DNA from: Octopus vulgaris | Lineage: Eukaryota | DNA: 64,000 nucleotides | NCBI GenBank assembly: GCA_951406725.2 | Contig: OX597837.1 | Location: forward strand, 3,162,001-3,226,000 | Direction of reading: 5' to 3' | Part shown: positions 29,661 through 43,919 of the stretch, piece by piece | Numbering within the stretch: the stretch's first letter is position 1 | How the letters are laid out: every line of letters begins with the position of its first letter | Notes under the pieces: model-generated | Seen by the model: only the letters and a program-made list of their open reading frames with translations | The model's database searches: none | Told to the model about the DNA's origin: nothing | Program-made: the position numbers and the translations under genes

Positions 29661-29905
29661 GAGTATATATAGTGTGTGTGTGTTGCTGTTCCCTTGCCTT
29701 GGCATCATGTGGCAGTTGTAAGTGAGTATCCCTGTCATACAAGCAGTGTCTTTTGTTTCCAATATTCTGTGATGGTGTCTGGCCATGGAAAAGTTACCTC
29801 AGTTGGAAACAGGTGACTGCTGGCATCTGGAAGGGCATCGGCCATAGAAAATCTGCCTCAATAAATTCCATCTGACCCATGCAAACATGGAAAACTGGAC
29901 ATTAA

Positions 29906-30106
29906 CCCTTTTGCATTTAAACTGGCAATATCTATCTGTTTTAATTTCAAACTGGCCATATCACGACTCTCACACCTACCCTACAATGTCATTCTAAAAT
30001 AAACATTCCAATATCTCAGAGCTATCAGATAATGCATGGTTAATTTTTCGTTTTAAAAAACAGGAATAAATATTACATTTAGCAGAGTAACCTGAATGTT
30101 AAAGGG
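29906..30106. mobile_element. piggyBac-type MITE
   Basis: TTAA-CCCTTTTGCATT ... AATGTTAAAGGG-TTAA. Confidence 0.82.
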
Positions 30107-30739
30107 TTAAATTAATGATGATGATGATGATGACTACATGGTGAGTTTTTTCTGTTCTTTTTCACCTTTTTAGGATAATTTAAAATGCAGGGTAAATATT
30201 AGAGGCATGTGATTTTAGATCTGATCATATTTGTGCTTACTATGAATAAATCTCAGTTACCATTCTCTTTATGAACAAAAAATTAATAAACAGTCACTGA
30301 TGAGACCCTAATAAATACTGAAACTAGGAAGAAAACAATCTCTTCTAACGACAAAATTGTATGAAAGTAATCTTTCATACAATCATTTTTGAGAACAACT
30401 GATTTGGTAGATGGAAACAGAAGGGAAGCCCATCATGTGTGTGTGTGTGTATCCTTGTCTAGACATCACATGATGGTTGTAAATGAGCATCACCATCATG
30501 TACAAGTAAGGTTATTTATTTTTAGTCTTCTATGAAAAAATATGCCTGGCCACAAGAAAATATTACCTTGCTTGGAAACAATAAGGGTTGACAACAGGAA
30601 GAGCATCTGGCTGTAGAAGATCTACCTCAGCAAAACTCCATCTGACCCATGCAAGTATGGAAATATGGATGTTACAATGATGCAGATAATGAAGATGATG
30701 ATGGTGGTGGTTTGATGACACGTCACATAATACTGAAGA

Positions 30740-31540
30740 GGTACAGTACAGATGGTGTCGCATCAATGGTTGGTGTTAAAAAAAAAGGTTTTGTTTGTCT
30801 TTTATAACGAGAAAATGTAGACATTGTCTCAATAAACTGTTTTCTTTGCAGAATTCAAAATTACTTGCAAATGAATTGCAAAAAGTTTTTGATGGCACTA
30901 GAAAAAATGGTCATCTTTATTGAACAAAGACCGGTTCCAAAATGTTTAAAAAGCTGTGTAGAATCCTACACAAAGTACATGGAAATCTCATCTGACACAC
31001 AGAAATCTAGAGGTTTGTCAATTGAGTATTTCAGCTGAAAGCTCCAAGTGATCTGAAGATGAAAAATGGCTGCAGAGATTTGTCCACCAAACAAATATTT
31101 TCCCCCAGATGAACTGGCTGAAGCAAGAAAACTGAATCTTTGGAAAAATCATGTTGCAAAAAGAACCCTTGAAATATTTTGGTTATTGCTGGGCTTAAAG
31201 AACAAAGAACAATCACAGCAAATTAATCCTTATTGGAGAAACCCACTTGGAAGAAATGTTAACCAATACTGGACATTATTTTATATCACTTTTAAAAGAA
31301 TTTGTTTAGATGAGGAATTCAAACCCTAAATCTTTGACTCATCTGAGAATTTGACTTTCAGAGAAAAGGAAGAACTCTGAATAAATCTCAAGGTGATAAT
31401 TACTGACTGATCCTTGGGCAAATTCTGAATTTCTATCAAAGAAGAATTTCCTGTTGCCATTCATTAGAAAGCAATCAATATTTTGCTGTAGCTTTCAAAT
31501 TCCTACATCTGCAAGATTTTTCTTCTTTCATTTACTGTCA
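30740..31540 (+). mobile_element. Decayed hAT (Charlie/Buster-like) transposase relic
   Basis: STDGVASMVG, DEKWLQRF..NIF.QMN, KLNLWKNHVAK..LEIF and SIKEEFP..KAINILL..SYIC fragments in shifting frames. Confidence 0.7.
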
Positions 31541-32524
31541 GGTGAATATGAAATCTGTACATGTTTTTATCCTTTACTTTCAGTCATTGAACTGCGGCCA
31601 TGCTGGGGCACCACCTTGAAGGGCTTAGTTAAACAAACTGATCCCAGTACTTGCCTTTTAAAAAAAAACTCTGGCATTTATTCTATCAATCTTTTTGCTG
31701 AACTGCTAAGTTACAAGGATGTAAACAAACCAACTGATTGAAAAGTGGTGGTGATGGTGGTGGCTGGGTGACAAATACAGACCCATACACACACAATTGA
31801 TGGTCTTTTCCACAACTTTTGTCTACCAAATTCACTTGCGAGGCATTAGTTTGCCCAGGGCTATAATAGAAGACACTTGCTCATAGTGTTGTGCAATGGG
31901 ACTGAACCCAAAAGCACGTGATCATAAAGTAAGCTACTTATCTGCACAGCCATGTCAGTGCCTAAAGTTCAATCCTGAATCAAGGACTTGTGTGTGCAAA
32001 AAGGCAAACACAGAGTTTCTCATTAGAAAGGCAAACTCCATTATCTTCATTAGATTCAAAAATATAACGATGTCTCCACCCAGATCACATTCTGCTTTCA
32101 TCTATTTTCAACCTTTCCAATAATATTAAGTTATTATTATTATCATCGTTGTGCTAGTTATTATCATCGATGTTCTGTTTATATAGGACGTTGGCTATTT
32201 ATGTTTATTTTTGTTAACCCAGATGTGTTTGATATTTTTGTTTTCTTTTTCTTAAACCTCCAGGTTGATTTTTGTTATTTTTTTTTTTACACAGTCAAAA
32301 AACTTGAGAAGAATTTAATATATTTTTTGCTAAAATGAGTTATTGGAAAAATACCTGCATTTATATTATAAAATTTGTGGAAGAGAAAGAGAAAAAAAGT
32401 TTAAAAAAGGATATGGGGTTCCCTGAAATATGGGATTTATTTCAAATGTCCCCACAATGTCTTCTAATGGTGAAAAATTTGGAAAATACCCTTCTAGCTA
32501 GCCAGCTACCTACCACCTACCTAG

Positions 32525-32530
32525 AAGGAA

Positions 32531-32620
<90 letters not shown>

Positions 32621-32670
32621 AAAAAGGAAGGAAGGGTGGGTGGGAAGGAAGGAAGGAGGGAGGGAGGGAA
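32525..32670. repeat. (GAAA)n/(GGAA)n microsatellite
   Basis: Directly visible. Confidence 0.95.
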
Positions 32671-35442
32671 CCATAGCCATCATTCACAAGCAAGTACGAG
32701 TAGATGGTATGTACCATACTTTCACTAAATGTTTCAAGTGTTTATGTAGTCGTGTGTAGAAACAGACAACCTTTCAGCGCTGCCCTCCTACATTCAGAGG
32801 AACAGGGAGTACTCAGCTGGTACTCAGTAACAAGCTGAGTAGACTGGAGCACCATGGAATGAGGTGCCTGGCTCAAAGACTCAAGGGGTTCCTCTGTCCA
32901 GGAAGTGAACTCTGAAAGTTCCTTTGAAGTCGATATTTTAGGATAAACACTCTGCATGCTGAAGGTGCTCCCATCCTCCGTCTCCAAATGTTGGAGTTGA
33001 GGTGTCTCATGAGGTGACGAAGCACTTCTGTTGGGGTTTCAGCCTCTTCCACCACAATACCAGAGCTTTCCAGGGCCACTCACCAATGTAAACGACAAAA
33101 CCCACACACACAACAGCAGGATATAACTTGTGTTACCAAGGTGATGTAACTTACATCAAGGATAAAGTTCTGAAAACATGTACACAAAGTAAGATTGCAA
33201 TGGCTAAAGTGCAGGGAGCTATTTATTAGCTCTGTGGGTAACAAAGGGAATCTGTGAGAGTGAAAGGCTAATTGTGGGTGAAGTGCAATCTTACATGGCA
33301 GCAAAATGTGGAGATTGTTTGTAGAGGGTGAGTGAAAGCGGAAAGGAAGGAGGAAAGCATGTAATGAAAGAGAAAGAAGCTGGTATAGATACGTGATGGG
33401 GATGGTGGATGATTAGTGGATGAGGAAATGTGAGGGAATTGTAGTGGAAGGGCTGTTTGGAAGAAGAAGACCAAAGAAGATGTGAGAAGTAGTGGTGAAA
33501 CTGACCGCAGAAGGTTGGACCTTAACAAGGAGATGACAAAAAGACTGCAACAAGTGGCGAAACAATGTAGATCCATCAAACCCATGCAAACATTATAAAA
33601 TGGATATGAAAAGAGGCAGAGGAAAAGGAGGACAACGATGATGATGATGATGACAATAATGATGATGACGGCAAGGTTGTCAATGTTGATGATGTCTATT
33701 TGACATATTGAAACTAAACAGAATTATATATGTACTGTACTGTTTACCTTACATTTAAATAAACATGTCAGTCTTGATAACAGTGACTCACAATATTGTT
33801 CAATTTGTGACTCACTGGAGACAAATTTCTGTCATACATCACATGCAAAGTTAAGAAAAACTATTTTAAAGTTAAACTATTAGAAAAAAAATGTAAAACT
33901 AAAATAAAATAAACCATTGCTTGCTTAATTTTATAAATTATTATTGTGTATAAATGGTTGTCGGAATAATTCCCATTGGGGACTTTTTCCTTCTTTATTA
34001 TATTCTTTTCTGTACTAGGTATAAGGGGATTAGATCAACCCCAGTACATGACTGGTACTTAATTTATTGACCCTGAAAGGATGAAAGGCAAAGTCAACCT
34101 CCACTGAATTTGAACTCAAAACATAAAGGTAGATGAAATACCACTAAGCATTTTTTCACCTGGCATGCTAACGTTTCTGTCAGCTCACCACCTTTCTTTC
34201 TTTATTATATTACTCTCTCTCTCTGATGTTCTTGTTAGTTTCCTTTCTACTGTACCCCCTCCCACCTTCTGACACTCTATTCGCATTGGTTTCAAAGTTT
34301 GGCACAAGGCCAGCAAGTTGAGGGGAGGGGCTAGTCTATTACATTGACCCCAGTGCTCAACTGGTTCTTATTTTATCAAGCCTTGAAAGGATGAAAGGCA
34401 AAGTGGACCCCAGTTGAATTTGGGCTCAGAAAGTAAAGACGGACGATATGCATTTCGTCCAGCATTCTAACGATTCTGCCAGCTCGCAACCTTCTGTTAC
34501 TGTAGCCATGTTGATTTACTTTGATCTGACATAAAAGAAAGGAAGTAAGTTAACCAGAAGTGACAAACAATGACGACAGGTTGAATCAACCAATGTGAAG
34601 ACAGACTTATATGTTTGTAAATTCATCAAACAGCAGAAAAGCAACTAAAGGACCTACAAAAACTGACTATTAACCAAATTTGAAACCCTTTCAATGGAAC
34701 TGAACCAATGTCCAGGTTGCCGACAGTCAGAAAGATTCAGTGACTTTTTTATTTTCCTGAGTGTCAAATTAATACACTTGCTTGTTATTCATACACCTGC
34801 CTTCGTCTTTTCTTTTTATCTAAATTTTAATTATTTATTTATATATATCCTCATTGTCATCATAACCATTTTACATCCATTTTTTAATGTTATATTCCAT
34901 GTTTGTGCCATGTAAAATGCTGGTGCATGTAAAACACCTGTGCCGGTGTCACATAAAACACCTGTGCTGGTGTCATGTAAAAGCACTTGTGCTGACATCA
35001 CTCAAAAAACACCCAATACACTCTGTAAAGTGGGCGGCATTAGAAAGGGAAACCAGTTGTAGAAACCATACCAAAACAGACAATTGGAGCCTGGCCAACT
35101 CCTGTGAAACCATCCCACCCATGCCAGCATGGAAAACAGACGCTAAATAATGATGATGATGATTCTCCATGTTTGCATGGGTCTGATGGAGTTTGTTGAG
35201 GCATGTTTTCTATGACCAGATGCCCCCAAAATTTTAATATTTCAAGAAATAAGCAAAAAATCAATTTAAACAGCATTTATGCTTTGAAAAGTTTAGAAGA
35301 GGTCTTCCATGACATGCTGGTAGCAATAATAAAATAAGTACCAGTAATATATTGGGTGTCAATTCATTGAACAGTGTCCCCTTCAATCTATCAATATTGA
35401 CCTTATATGGCTGTGTCAAAACCAGATTAAGCCAGTACTTAC

Positions 35443-35521
35443 CAGTACTCTGGTGGTTAGATATATAGATGACGTTTTCGGATTTATTAAAGAGTGCATC
35501 CACATCACCATAGAGATGAAG
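35443..35521 (-). CDS. AGPAT5: AGPAT5-like exon (LHLYGDVDALFNKSENVIYISNHQST)
   Basis: 79 nt, ttgcag acceptor, G|gtaagt donor. Carries NHQST; the terminal G plus TC of the next exon gives Val. Confidence 0.94.
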
Positions 35522-35677
35522 CTGCAACGAAAAAGTTAGACATTTCTTTATTAGTCAGAGAAAATGGTTGATGGTTAAAAGAAAGAAAATGGAATGCTGT
35601 TGATGGTAAGTCTTTACGTTTCTTAGATGTGTAATTACTGAGTGTGTGTGTGTGTGTGTGTGTATGTGTGTGTGTGT

Positions 35678-36055
35678 GGAGGCGCAATGCCCCAGTGGTT
35701 AGGAGAGAGGACTCGTGGTCATAGGATTGCAGTTTCAATTTCCAGACCAAGTGTTGTGAGTGTTTATTGAGCAAAAACACTTGAAGCTCTATGAGGCTCT
35801 GGCAGGGAGTGGTGGCAAACCCTGCTGTATTCTTCCACCTCAACTTTCTATCACTTTTTCTTCCTGTTTCTGTTGTACCTGCATTTCAAAGGGCCAGCCT
35901 TGCCACACTCTGTGTCAAGCTGAATCTCCCAGAGAACTATGTTAAGAGTACATGTGTCTGTGGAATGCTCAGCCACTTGCATGTTAATTTCACGAGCAGG
36001 CTGTTCTGTTGATCAGATCAACTGGAACCCTCATTGTCGTAAGTGTTGGACTGCC
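35678..36055 (+). mobile_element. tRNA-derived SINE, second family
   Basis: ggcgcaatgcccagtggttagg head. The body matches the insert at 11675-11770. Confidence 0.65.
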
Positions 36056-36104
36056 ACAATATATATATACATATATGTGTGTGTGTGTGTGTGTGTCTGT
36101 GTGT

Positions 36105-36847
36105 ATGTCAGTGTGGCTCACGACAGTGTAAGCACCCTAAGAGAAATGTTGGACATAAGAAGAATTGGATGTGGCATGCAAGAGAGACATTTATGCTGGT
36201 ATGGTCATGTACTACGGATGGATGAGGAGAGATGTGTGAAGAAGTGCCACTCCCAAACAGTTGAAGGAATCCGGGGTAGAGGTAGACCAGGAAGACATGG
36301 AATGAGGTGGTCAAGCATGACCTTCGAACGTTGGGCCTCACAGAGGCAATGACGAAAGACCAAGATCTTTGGAGATATACTGTGACTGCGAAGACCCAAC
36401 AAATAACGTGAGTTCATGGATGTTTCCTGCACCAGCTTCACATAGCAGCCCCAGCCCATCCAAGGTACCTTGGATCACAGGATGGCCTACTGTGCTTACC
36501 TTGGATTGTAGGGCGATCTGCAGTACTTGAGCAGACCTATTGAGTCAAGTACATCAACATCAAAATAAAAATCAAATGGAAATTGTAGTTGTGATACTTG
36601 TGCCGGTGACAAGTAAAAAGCACCATCCGAACGTGACTGTTTCCAGCCTCCCCTGGCACCTGTGCTGGTGGCACATAAAAAGCACCCACTACACTCATGG
36701 AGTGGTTGGCATTAGGAAGGGCATCCAGCTGTAGAAACACTACAAGATCAGACTGGAGCCTGGTGCAGCCTCCTGGCTTCCCAGACCCCGGTCGAATCAC
36801 CCAACCCATGCTAGCATGGAAAATGGACGTTAAACGATGATGATGAT
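36105..36847 (+). mobile_element. RTE LINE 3' fragment (diverged subfamily)
   Basis: ERHLCWYGHVLRMDEERCVKKC..RGRP plus the RTE tail. Confidence 0.85.
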
Positions 36848-37031
36848 ATATATATCATCTTCATTTAATGTCTGTTTTCCATGCTGGCATGGGTTGGACA
36901 GTTTGACTGAGAAGTGGTAAACCAGGAAGCTGCACTGGGTTCCAATCTGATATGGCATGGTTTCTATGGCTGAATGCCCTTCCTAAAACCAACCACTCTG
37001 AGAGTGTAGTGAGTACTTTTTACATGCCACT

Positions 37032-37076
<45 letters not shown>

Positions 37077-37619
37077 GCAGGGACGGCCATGAGGGTTGAA
37101 AGCTCACTTTGCAACCATAAGGTTTCAGGTTCAGTCCTACCGTGTGGCACCTTGGACAAATATCTTCCACTACAGCCCCAGTGCAAGCAAAGCCCTGTGA
37201 GTGGATTTCGTGAATGGAAACTAAAAGAAGCCACTCGTCCTCTCTAATCCTTGGCTCACTTACCTGATCCCGCTCCCTGCCATAACTACCCCATCTTCTT
37301 GCTCTCCTCCCCCAACTCTCTCTATCCTCTCCCCCTTAAGTTAACCATGTCTCCTTTCTAATGCCAGATTCCTTTTCCTGTCCCTGAATACTAATCCTCC
37401 TTGCGGTTGAGGGGTCTTGCATTGCAAGTTGTTTGGTGACATCACTGGGTTCTCTTGTGCCACGTAAAAAGCATCCAGTGTGCTCTGTGAAGTGGTGGGT
37501 ACCAGAAATATATTCCATCCAGGAAACCATTACCAAATAGACAACAGGGTTTGGTGCAGTCTTCTGATTTGTCACCTCCAGTCAAACCATCCATCCCATG
37601 CGAGTATGGAGAAAAGACA

Positions 37620-37632
37620 CATGGTGATGATG

Positions 37633-37680
<48 letters not shown>

Positions 37681-37882
37681 CTGGTGGTGATGATGATGAT
37701 GATGCTGGTGGAGGTGGTGGTGATGATGATGCTGGTGGAGGTGATGATGATGATGATGATGATGGTGATGATAATGTTGATAATGCTGGTGGAGGTGATG
37801 ATGATAATGTTGGTGGAGGTGATGATGATGATGATGATGATGGTGGAGGTGGTGATGAAGATGATAAGGATGATGATGATTT
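37620..37882. repeat. (GAT/GGT)n trinucleotide low-complexity tract. Similar at 50075-50510; (GATA/GACA)n at 38250-38483
   Basis: Directly visible. Follows an RTE-type tail. Confidence 0.95.
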
Positions 37883-38198
37883 TATGTGATATTCTAAAGA
37901 TTGTAGACTGACTGACAGAATCTAAAGAATTTGCCAATATACCATTATTGATATTAATAATTTTCTAGTTTTATTGTCCAAGAGAGAAGGTGAAACAGGG
38001 TTGCAGTAAAAAGGAAAACAATGACAACAAATAATATGACAATGAGGAAAATGTCCCCAACAGGATTAGGGGTTGGTCATTTACTGTCAAAAGAAAAAAA
38101 AACAAGGAACCCCATGGACTCAAGACTATCCTGACATCCATGTATAAATGCCCAAAGGATTTGCAAGAGAAACACATGATCACACGTGCTGGTTTCAC

Positions 38199-38232
<34 letters not shown>

Positions 38233-38266
38233 CTACACACAAACACACAGACAGATAGATAGATAT

Positions 38267-38311
<45 letters not shown>

Positions 38312-38328
38312 TAGATAGACAGACAGAC

Positions 38329-38371
<43 letters not shown>

Positions 38372-38432
38372 TAGATAGATAGACAGACAGATAGATAGAT
38401 AGACAGATAGATAGACAGATAGATAGATAGAC

Positions 38433-38474
<42 letters not shown>

Positions 38475-38482
38475 ATAGATAG

Positions 38483-38523
<41 letters not shown>

Positions 38524-38533
38524 TAGATATATA

Positions 38534-38653
38534 CAAGGGAGTACCCAAAAGTAACCAGAAATGTTCTCTGTGGAACAAACCCATTGTAGTTCAGGCTTCT
38601 GCCACTAGAAGCTACTTGATTATGACCCACAGTTCGTTTTGGGTACCCCTTCG
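38534..38653. mobile_element. ~120-bp mariner-type MITE
   Basis: TA-caagggagtacccaaaa ... ttttgggtaccccttcg imperfect TIRs. Confidence 0.6.
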
Positions 38654-39279
38654 TGTGTGTGTATGTATATATATATGTGTGTGTGTGTGTACATAAATAT
38701 GTATGTATACATATACATGCAGGTATATGAATATGCATAAATATATTCATGTATATGTGTGCGTGTGTATATATATACACACACACATACACATACACAT
38801 ACGTATATACATATATATGTGTATGTGTGTGTGTATTTGTTCATTTGTTTATGATGGATTTTTCCATGACAGCATGTGTTAGGTGAATATGTGTATGGAG
38901 GTGTTGTTTTACAACCGGATGCCTTTCCAGCCCTTAACCTTTATTTCCTTTTCAAATAAAGGATCCCACTGGACTTTAAGGATACAAAATGAAGCAGAGA
39001 GACAAAATTGTTAAAAGGAAAATGCCAACAGAACACAGAGGATGTCGTGAATTTCAAACAATGACCAGTTGATGCAGCACCCACACACCACAAGTGTGCA
39101 CACATCATCAACATCATCCTTTGACGTCTGTTTTTCATTGCTGGCATGGGTTGGACAATTTAACCAGAGCTGACAAGGCCAGAGAGCTGTACCCGGTTCC
39201 ATGGTGTTTTGGCATGGCTTCTACAACTGGATGCCCTTCCAAACACCAACTACTTTACAGTGTGTGCTTGATGTTTTAA

Positions 39280-39506
39280 CCCTTTTGATACCAACCCGGC
39301 TGAAACTGCCTCTGGCTCTGTAGTGCAAATGTTTTGTTTTCAAAAGTTCTGAACTGAAGTTTTCCACCAAACCTTAGTCACAATCTATGTTTCTAACACC
39401 AGCTTAATTATAACTAACTAAAGTTATTTTACTAAATTCTTTGTTATACTTAAAATTAATTGAAAGAAACATAGAGCATCTCAACAGAAATATGGGAACA
39501 AAAGGG
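39280..39506. mobile_element. piggyBac-type MITE (degenerate inverted relative at ~48518-48705)
   Basis: TTAA-CCCTTTTGATACC ... GGGAACAAAAGGG-TTAA. Confidence 0.85.
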
Positions 39507-39804
39507 TTAAATGTGGCACCAGCATGAGCCCTTTTACGTGACACAGACACGAATGCTTTTTACATGCCATAAAAATGCACGTATATATGATGAGCTTCTT
39601 TTGCAGCTTCAATCAACAAAATCAACTCCCACACCTTTGGTTATTCCAGGGTGAAGATACTTGCCCAAGGGGCTATGAAGTTGGAAATAAACTTCTTAAC
39701 ATGCATACCATCACCATCATTGTATTTTAATGTCCATTTTTCCATGCTTCTGTGTATAAATACACACACACACATACATTCAAAGACAAGACATACATAC
39801 ATAC

Positions 39805-39859
<55 letters not shown>

Positions 39860-40102
39860 TATTCTTCTACTTGTTTCAGTCATTTGACTGCAGCCATGCT
39901 GGAGCACCACATTAAAGAGTTGGTCGAAGAAATTGACTCTAGGACTTATTCTTTATAAGCCTAGTACTTATTCTATCAAACTCTTTTGCTACACTGCTAA
40001 GTTACGGTGACATAAGTACACCAGCATTAGTTGAGTGATGGCGGGGGACAAACACACACACACACACACACAAATACATACATGCATACATATATATATG
40101 TA

Positions 40103-41650
40103 CACTACCGTCAGAAATTAATTAGCACCCTTGATTTGCTCTTCACTCAAGGTATGTGCTGTCACCTAGTGGCCATATCTCGAACTATTGCTTTGTTGCG
40201 AGTTCACTGTTGCGCAGAACGATGACGTAACTTTGTTTGCAGAGCGAGCGGTTTGAAAGTCTACAGCCTAATGATGTTGACATAGCAGTGCAACAACAAC
40301 TTGGAGTGCGGATGCAGACAAATCTTCCTTTGTTTAATAGATATAGGTAGCGCCTCACAAGGACCGAAATCACACCGTACTAAGTTTTCTCATCGCGTAA
40401 GACGTTTTGAACAGCTCGTAGGTTAATTGATTTGTGTATTTGCAAGATTTTTTTTCCTCACAAATTCTCCTACACTCTGCTTGATGACGTCACTTCTGGT
40501 TCACAAAACTTTCTGTTATAAATCAAATAAGGTGAGAAATTCTGCTTTCTTTCTTTTTTGTTTAATGAATAATAACTCATAGCAGTTTTGTTATAATATA
40601 ACATTATTCAAATGAATAGTTTTAATGAAAATAACTGGTTTTTATCATTCATTCCTAGATGGGCCCAAGACCTCACATGACCTTGGAGAGATGGTACGAG
40701 GCTCTCTCGTGGCGTGGGAAGCTGTCGGAGACTGCAAGCCAGAAAACTTGGTAGCCAGGCGCAAAAGTGCTTGGTATAGCCAGGCGGGAGGACCGGATGC
40801 TGAATTCAACCGTGCAACTGGCTGCAAAGGTGATTTAAGAAATACGGAAGCTGGTCTAAAATCCTGTAGGGCCGCCCGTAAGCCGCTCCACAGCCCCAAA
40901 CCGGAAGAGCGACTGCTCTGGGCCGCCAGGACCGTGCAGCAGTGGCGGACAGTGATGTTCACTGACGAGTCACGATCAGTCTCGTCAGTGACAAGCCTGT
41001 CCATGTGCGACGCACAGGGTGAGCGCTTCAACAAAGACTGTTGCCCACCGAAGCATGGTGGGGTTGTCAGGTGTGGGGCGTTCAGCTAAGGGTACGAAGA
41101 AACCAGATCAGCAGCTGACAAAAAGGGTAGGGGAGATAGTACGGAATGCTGCCCTACCCTCTGCGGGATACTTCTTTGGTGGCGAGGAGTACATGCTCCA
41201 GCAGGACAACGCGCCTCCCCACACAGCCAAGCTCACAACCGGTTTCTTCAAGGACCATGGGGTGACGGTCATGGACTGGCCTGGCCAGTCACCTGACCTG
41301 AACCCTATTGAGAACCTCTGGAGTCGATTGGGTAGGGATTTGAATGTGCAGCAATGCAGGAACCGACACGAGCTGTTTGGGGCACTTCTTGCTGCATGGA
41401 GGGCCAACCCTGCACAGTACCTGCAGGCACTCATAGACAGCATGCCAGCCCGCGTAGCAGCTGTCATTGCTGCCAAAGGAGGAGCAACAAGATATTGACT
41501 AAATTTCACGATTAATAACAATTATGTGGTATGCTGGGATATGTTTTAATAAATTTTTGATTAAAAACGAGTTCGTTTCTGATAATAAGTTAAGAAAATG
41601 TAAGAAAATGTAGAAATTTGAGAAGTGCTAATTAATTTCTGACGCAAGTG
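40103..41650 (+). mobile_element. Tc1 (DD34E) DNA transposon with both TIRs and a frameshifted transposase, nested in a SINE
   Basis: TA TSDs; 26-bp TIRs cactaccgtcagaaattaattagcac / cacttgcgtcagaaattaattagcac; VMFTDESR, QQDNAPPH-(34 aa)-E in SPDLNPIEN. SINE halves at 39860-40100 and 41651-41810. Confidence 0.95.
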
Positions 41651-41821
41651 TATATATGAAGGGTTTCTTTCAGTTTTTGTCAACCAAATCCATTCACAAG
41701 GCTTTGGTTGGCCTGAAGCTATAGCAGAAGACATTTGCCCAAGGTGCCACACAGTGGGAATGAACTTGGAATCATGTGGTTGAGAAGCAAGCTTTTTACC
41801 ACAGTCACACATACATATTTT

Positions 41822-41852
<31 letters not shown>

Positions 41853-41917
41853 TTCACCATGCTTAACCCTTAAATCTACAAGATTTTTTTTCATTCTCTG
41901 TTTATTTTCTCTTATTC

Positions 41918-41952
41918 CTTTCTGTGATGAGCGTAGGCTCGAAACATAAAAG
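41918..41952 (+). ncRNA. Degenerate minimal hammerhead-like motif
   Basis: CTTT-CTGTGA-T-GAGC-GTAG-GCTC-GAAAC-ATA-AAAG. The core is imperfect. The downstream tail is also seen at 34741-34830. Confidence 0.4.
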
Positions 41953-42625
41953 ATTTTGTTTTTCCCAAGCATCAAACTAATACACCTGCTTGTTGTTCAT
42001 ACACCTGTCTTTGTCTTTTGTTTTTCAATAAATTTCAACAATATAAATACACACACTTGTGTGTGTATGTGAGTGTGCATGTATGATGTATGCCAGATAG
42101 AAGATTTAAAAGAAAATTTAGAGAAAAAAAGAAGTGTGTATGTGTGTGTGCCCGCATGTGTGTGAGAGTTTGAACACGATAAACGACCCCCACCCCAACT
42201 TCTACCCTGCCAACCCATGGTGAGGAAAATGATAACAACTGACATTGCTAAAAGTTCAGAAGATAGGAAGATGACGCAAAAAGATGGCAACAGCTTGAAC
42301 TGAGGGTCAAAAATCAATATTAAAAAAAATAAACAGAAATTAAATGAAATTCATAAAAAAAAAGAAAAAACTTCAATATGGAACCTACTAGAATGGTTGT
42401 TATCAAACAATTATTACAACTAGTTTACACCTGATTTAAACTTGTTAATTATTATTATTGTTGTTATTATTATTATTGTCATTAACAACAAAAACAACAT
42501 CAAGGTAAACTGGCAGAACTGTGAGCACAATGGACAACAAAATGCTTAGCAGCATCCTGTCTGTCTTTGCGTTCTGAGTTCAAATTTTGCCAAGGCTAAC
42601 ATTGCTTTTATCCTATTCAAGTCCA

Positions 42626-43860
42626 GGCCCCTAAGGACAGTTGTCCTTCGGACAGTTGTCCTTAAGGACATTTGATAAGGCATTTGAATAGAACTTGGTA
42701 CCAACAATTGTCTTGTAAACAACTGTCCTTAGACAAAAGACTGACCTTTCATTGACCAGTGTTTATTCATCCCATCTTCTGGTGTGGAGTATTTCCCGCT
42801 CCTTGGTACAGAACAAGTTCTTATTCATTTCAGTCGTAGATACACAAGCATTAAGTTGTATGATAGAGAATGGCACTTTGCAATTCATGTGAATTAACAT
42901 TACAGGATGGGATTCGCCGATTTACTAATGACAGTGAGGCATTAGATTTCTTTCGAAAACATAATATCATTCCCAACACAGTTGACTGCCCTAGATGCAA
43001 TTTACCATGTACATTGCGCGAAAATACAAACATCTTCCGATGTGGAAGGACTGTTCGCCGTCGAAGGCAAAGGCCAACGCAATGTGGATATTCAATATCC
43101 CTATACAGCAACACATTTTTGGAGCGGAATCAGCTACCACCCTGTAAAATCCTGTTATTTGTGAATTACTTCCTTACAGACTGTTGGTCGCATGCATTAG
43201 TCGTGGAAAATTTGAACATTTCGTATCCGACCTCAATTGATTGGCGATCCTTCTGCTCCGAGGTTTGTCAGCATTGGGTAGAGAATTACCAGGACTAAAT
43301 CGGTGGACCAGGAGTTGAAGTAGAGATCGATGAAACAGTTATTGTAAGGAGGAAATACAATCGTGGAAGACTCACAAAAACTATCTGGCTTTTCGGTGGG
43401 ATAGAGTGAATAGGCAAAAAAAGTTTTGATACCTCTTTCATCTGAGTGTGGTGAAGAGGAAAGGCGAGATGCCGCCACACTGATCCCCTTAATTACCCGA
43501 TATATACGCCAAGGGTTGGTAGTATATAGCGATTCTTGGGCTGCGTATAACTCTCTTGGAAATCTCGGGTATACCCACTTCCGCATCAACCACAGTGAAA
43601 ACTTTGTTGATCCGACAAACGCGTCGGTGCACACACAGACGATAGAGGTCGGTAGTATATAGAGATCTTGGGCTGCGTTACTAACAATACATCGCAAAGT
43701 TCCTTTTTATGGAAGCATCTCGCCAAGAGATACACGTATTCTTATTGGTAGCATCAAGTCTTTATCCTGGCCCGAGATAATTTGTTGCAACCCATCTCAT
43801 TTCTTTATCAAACTGTCGATGGACCACTCAAAGAGGTATGTATACACACATTTTCAGTAA
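42626..43860 (+). mobile_element. Merlin (IS1595/ISXO2-like) DNA transposon, decayed
   Basis: CPRC zinc ribbon, IGGPGVEVEIDET..RRKYNRGR..WLFGGIE, YSDSWAAY, INHSENFVDP..VHTQTIE, with stops. The left end has tandem ggacagttgtcc palindromes; the right end was not found. Confidence 0.9.
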
Positions 43861-43919
43861 CGATAATTTCTGTAGTATTTCAAGATGTTTCAGACACGTC
43901 AGTTACATGAGAGATCGGT

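Noticed and set aside
30295-30330. CTGATGAG...GAAAC hammerhead-like words
   Set aside because: No stem II pairing and no UH cleavage site. The similar minus-strand case at 12530-12580 fails for lack of stems.
37480-37937. Poly-Asp/Gly, poly-Met and poly-His ORFs (also 49981-50519)
   Set aside because: Trinucleotide repeats open in several frames, with no splice or homology support.
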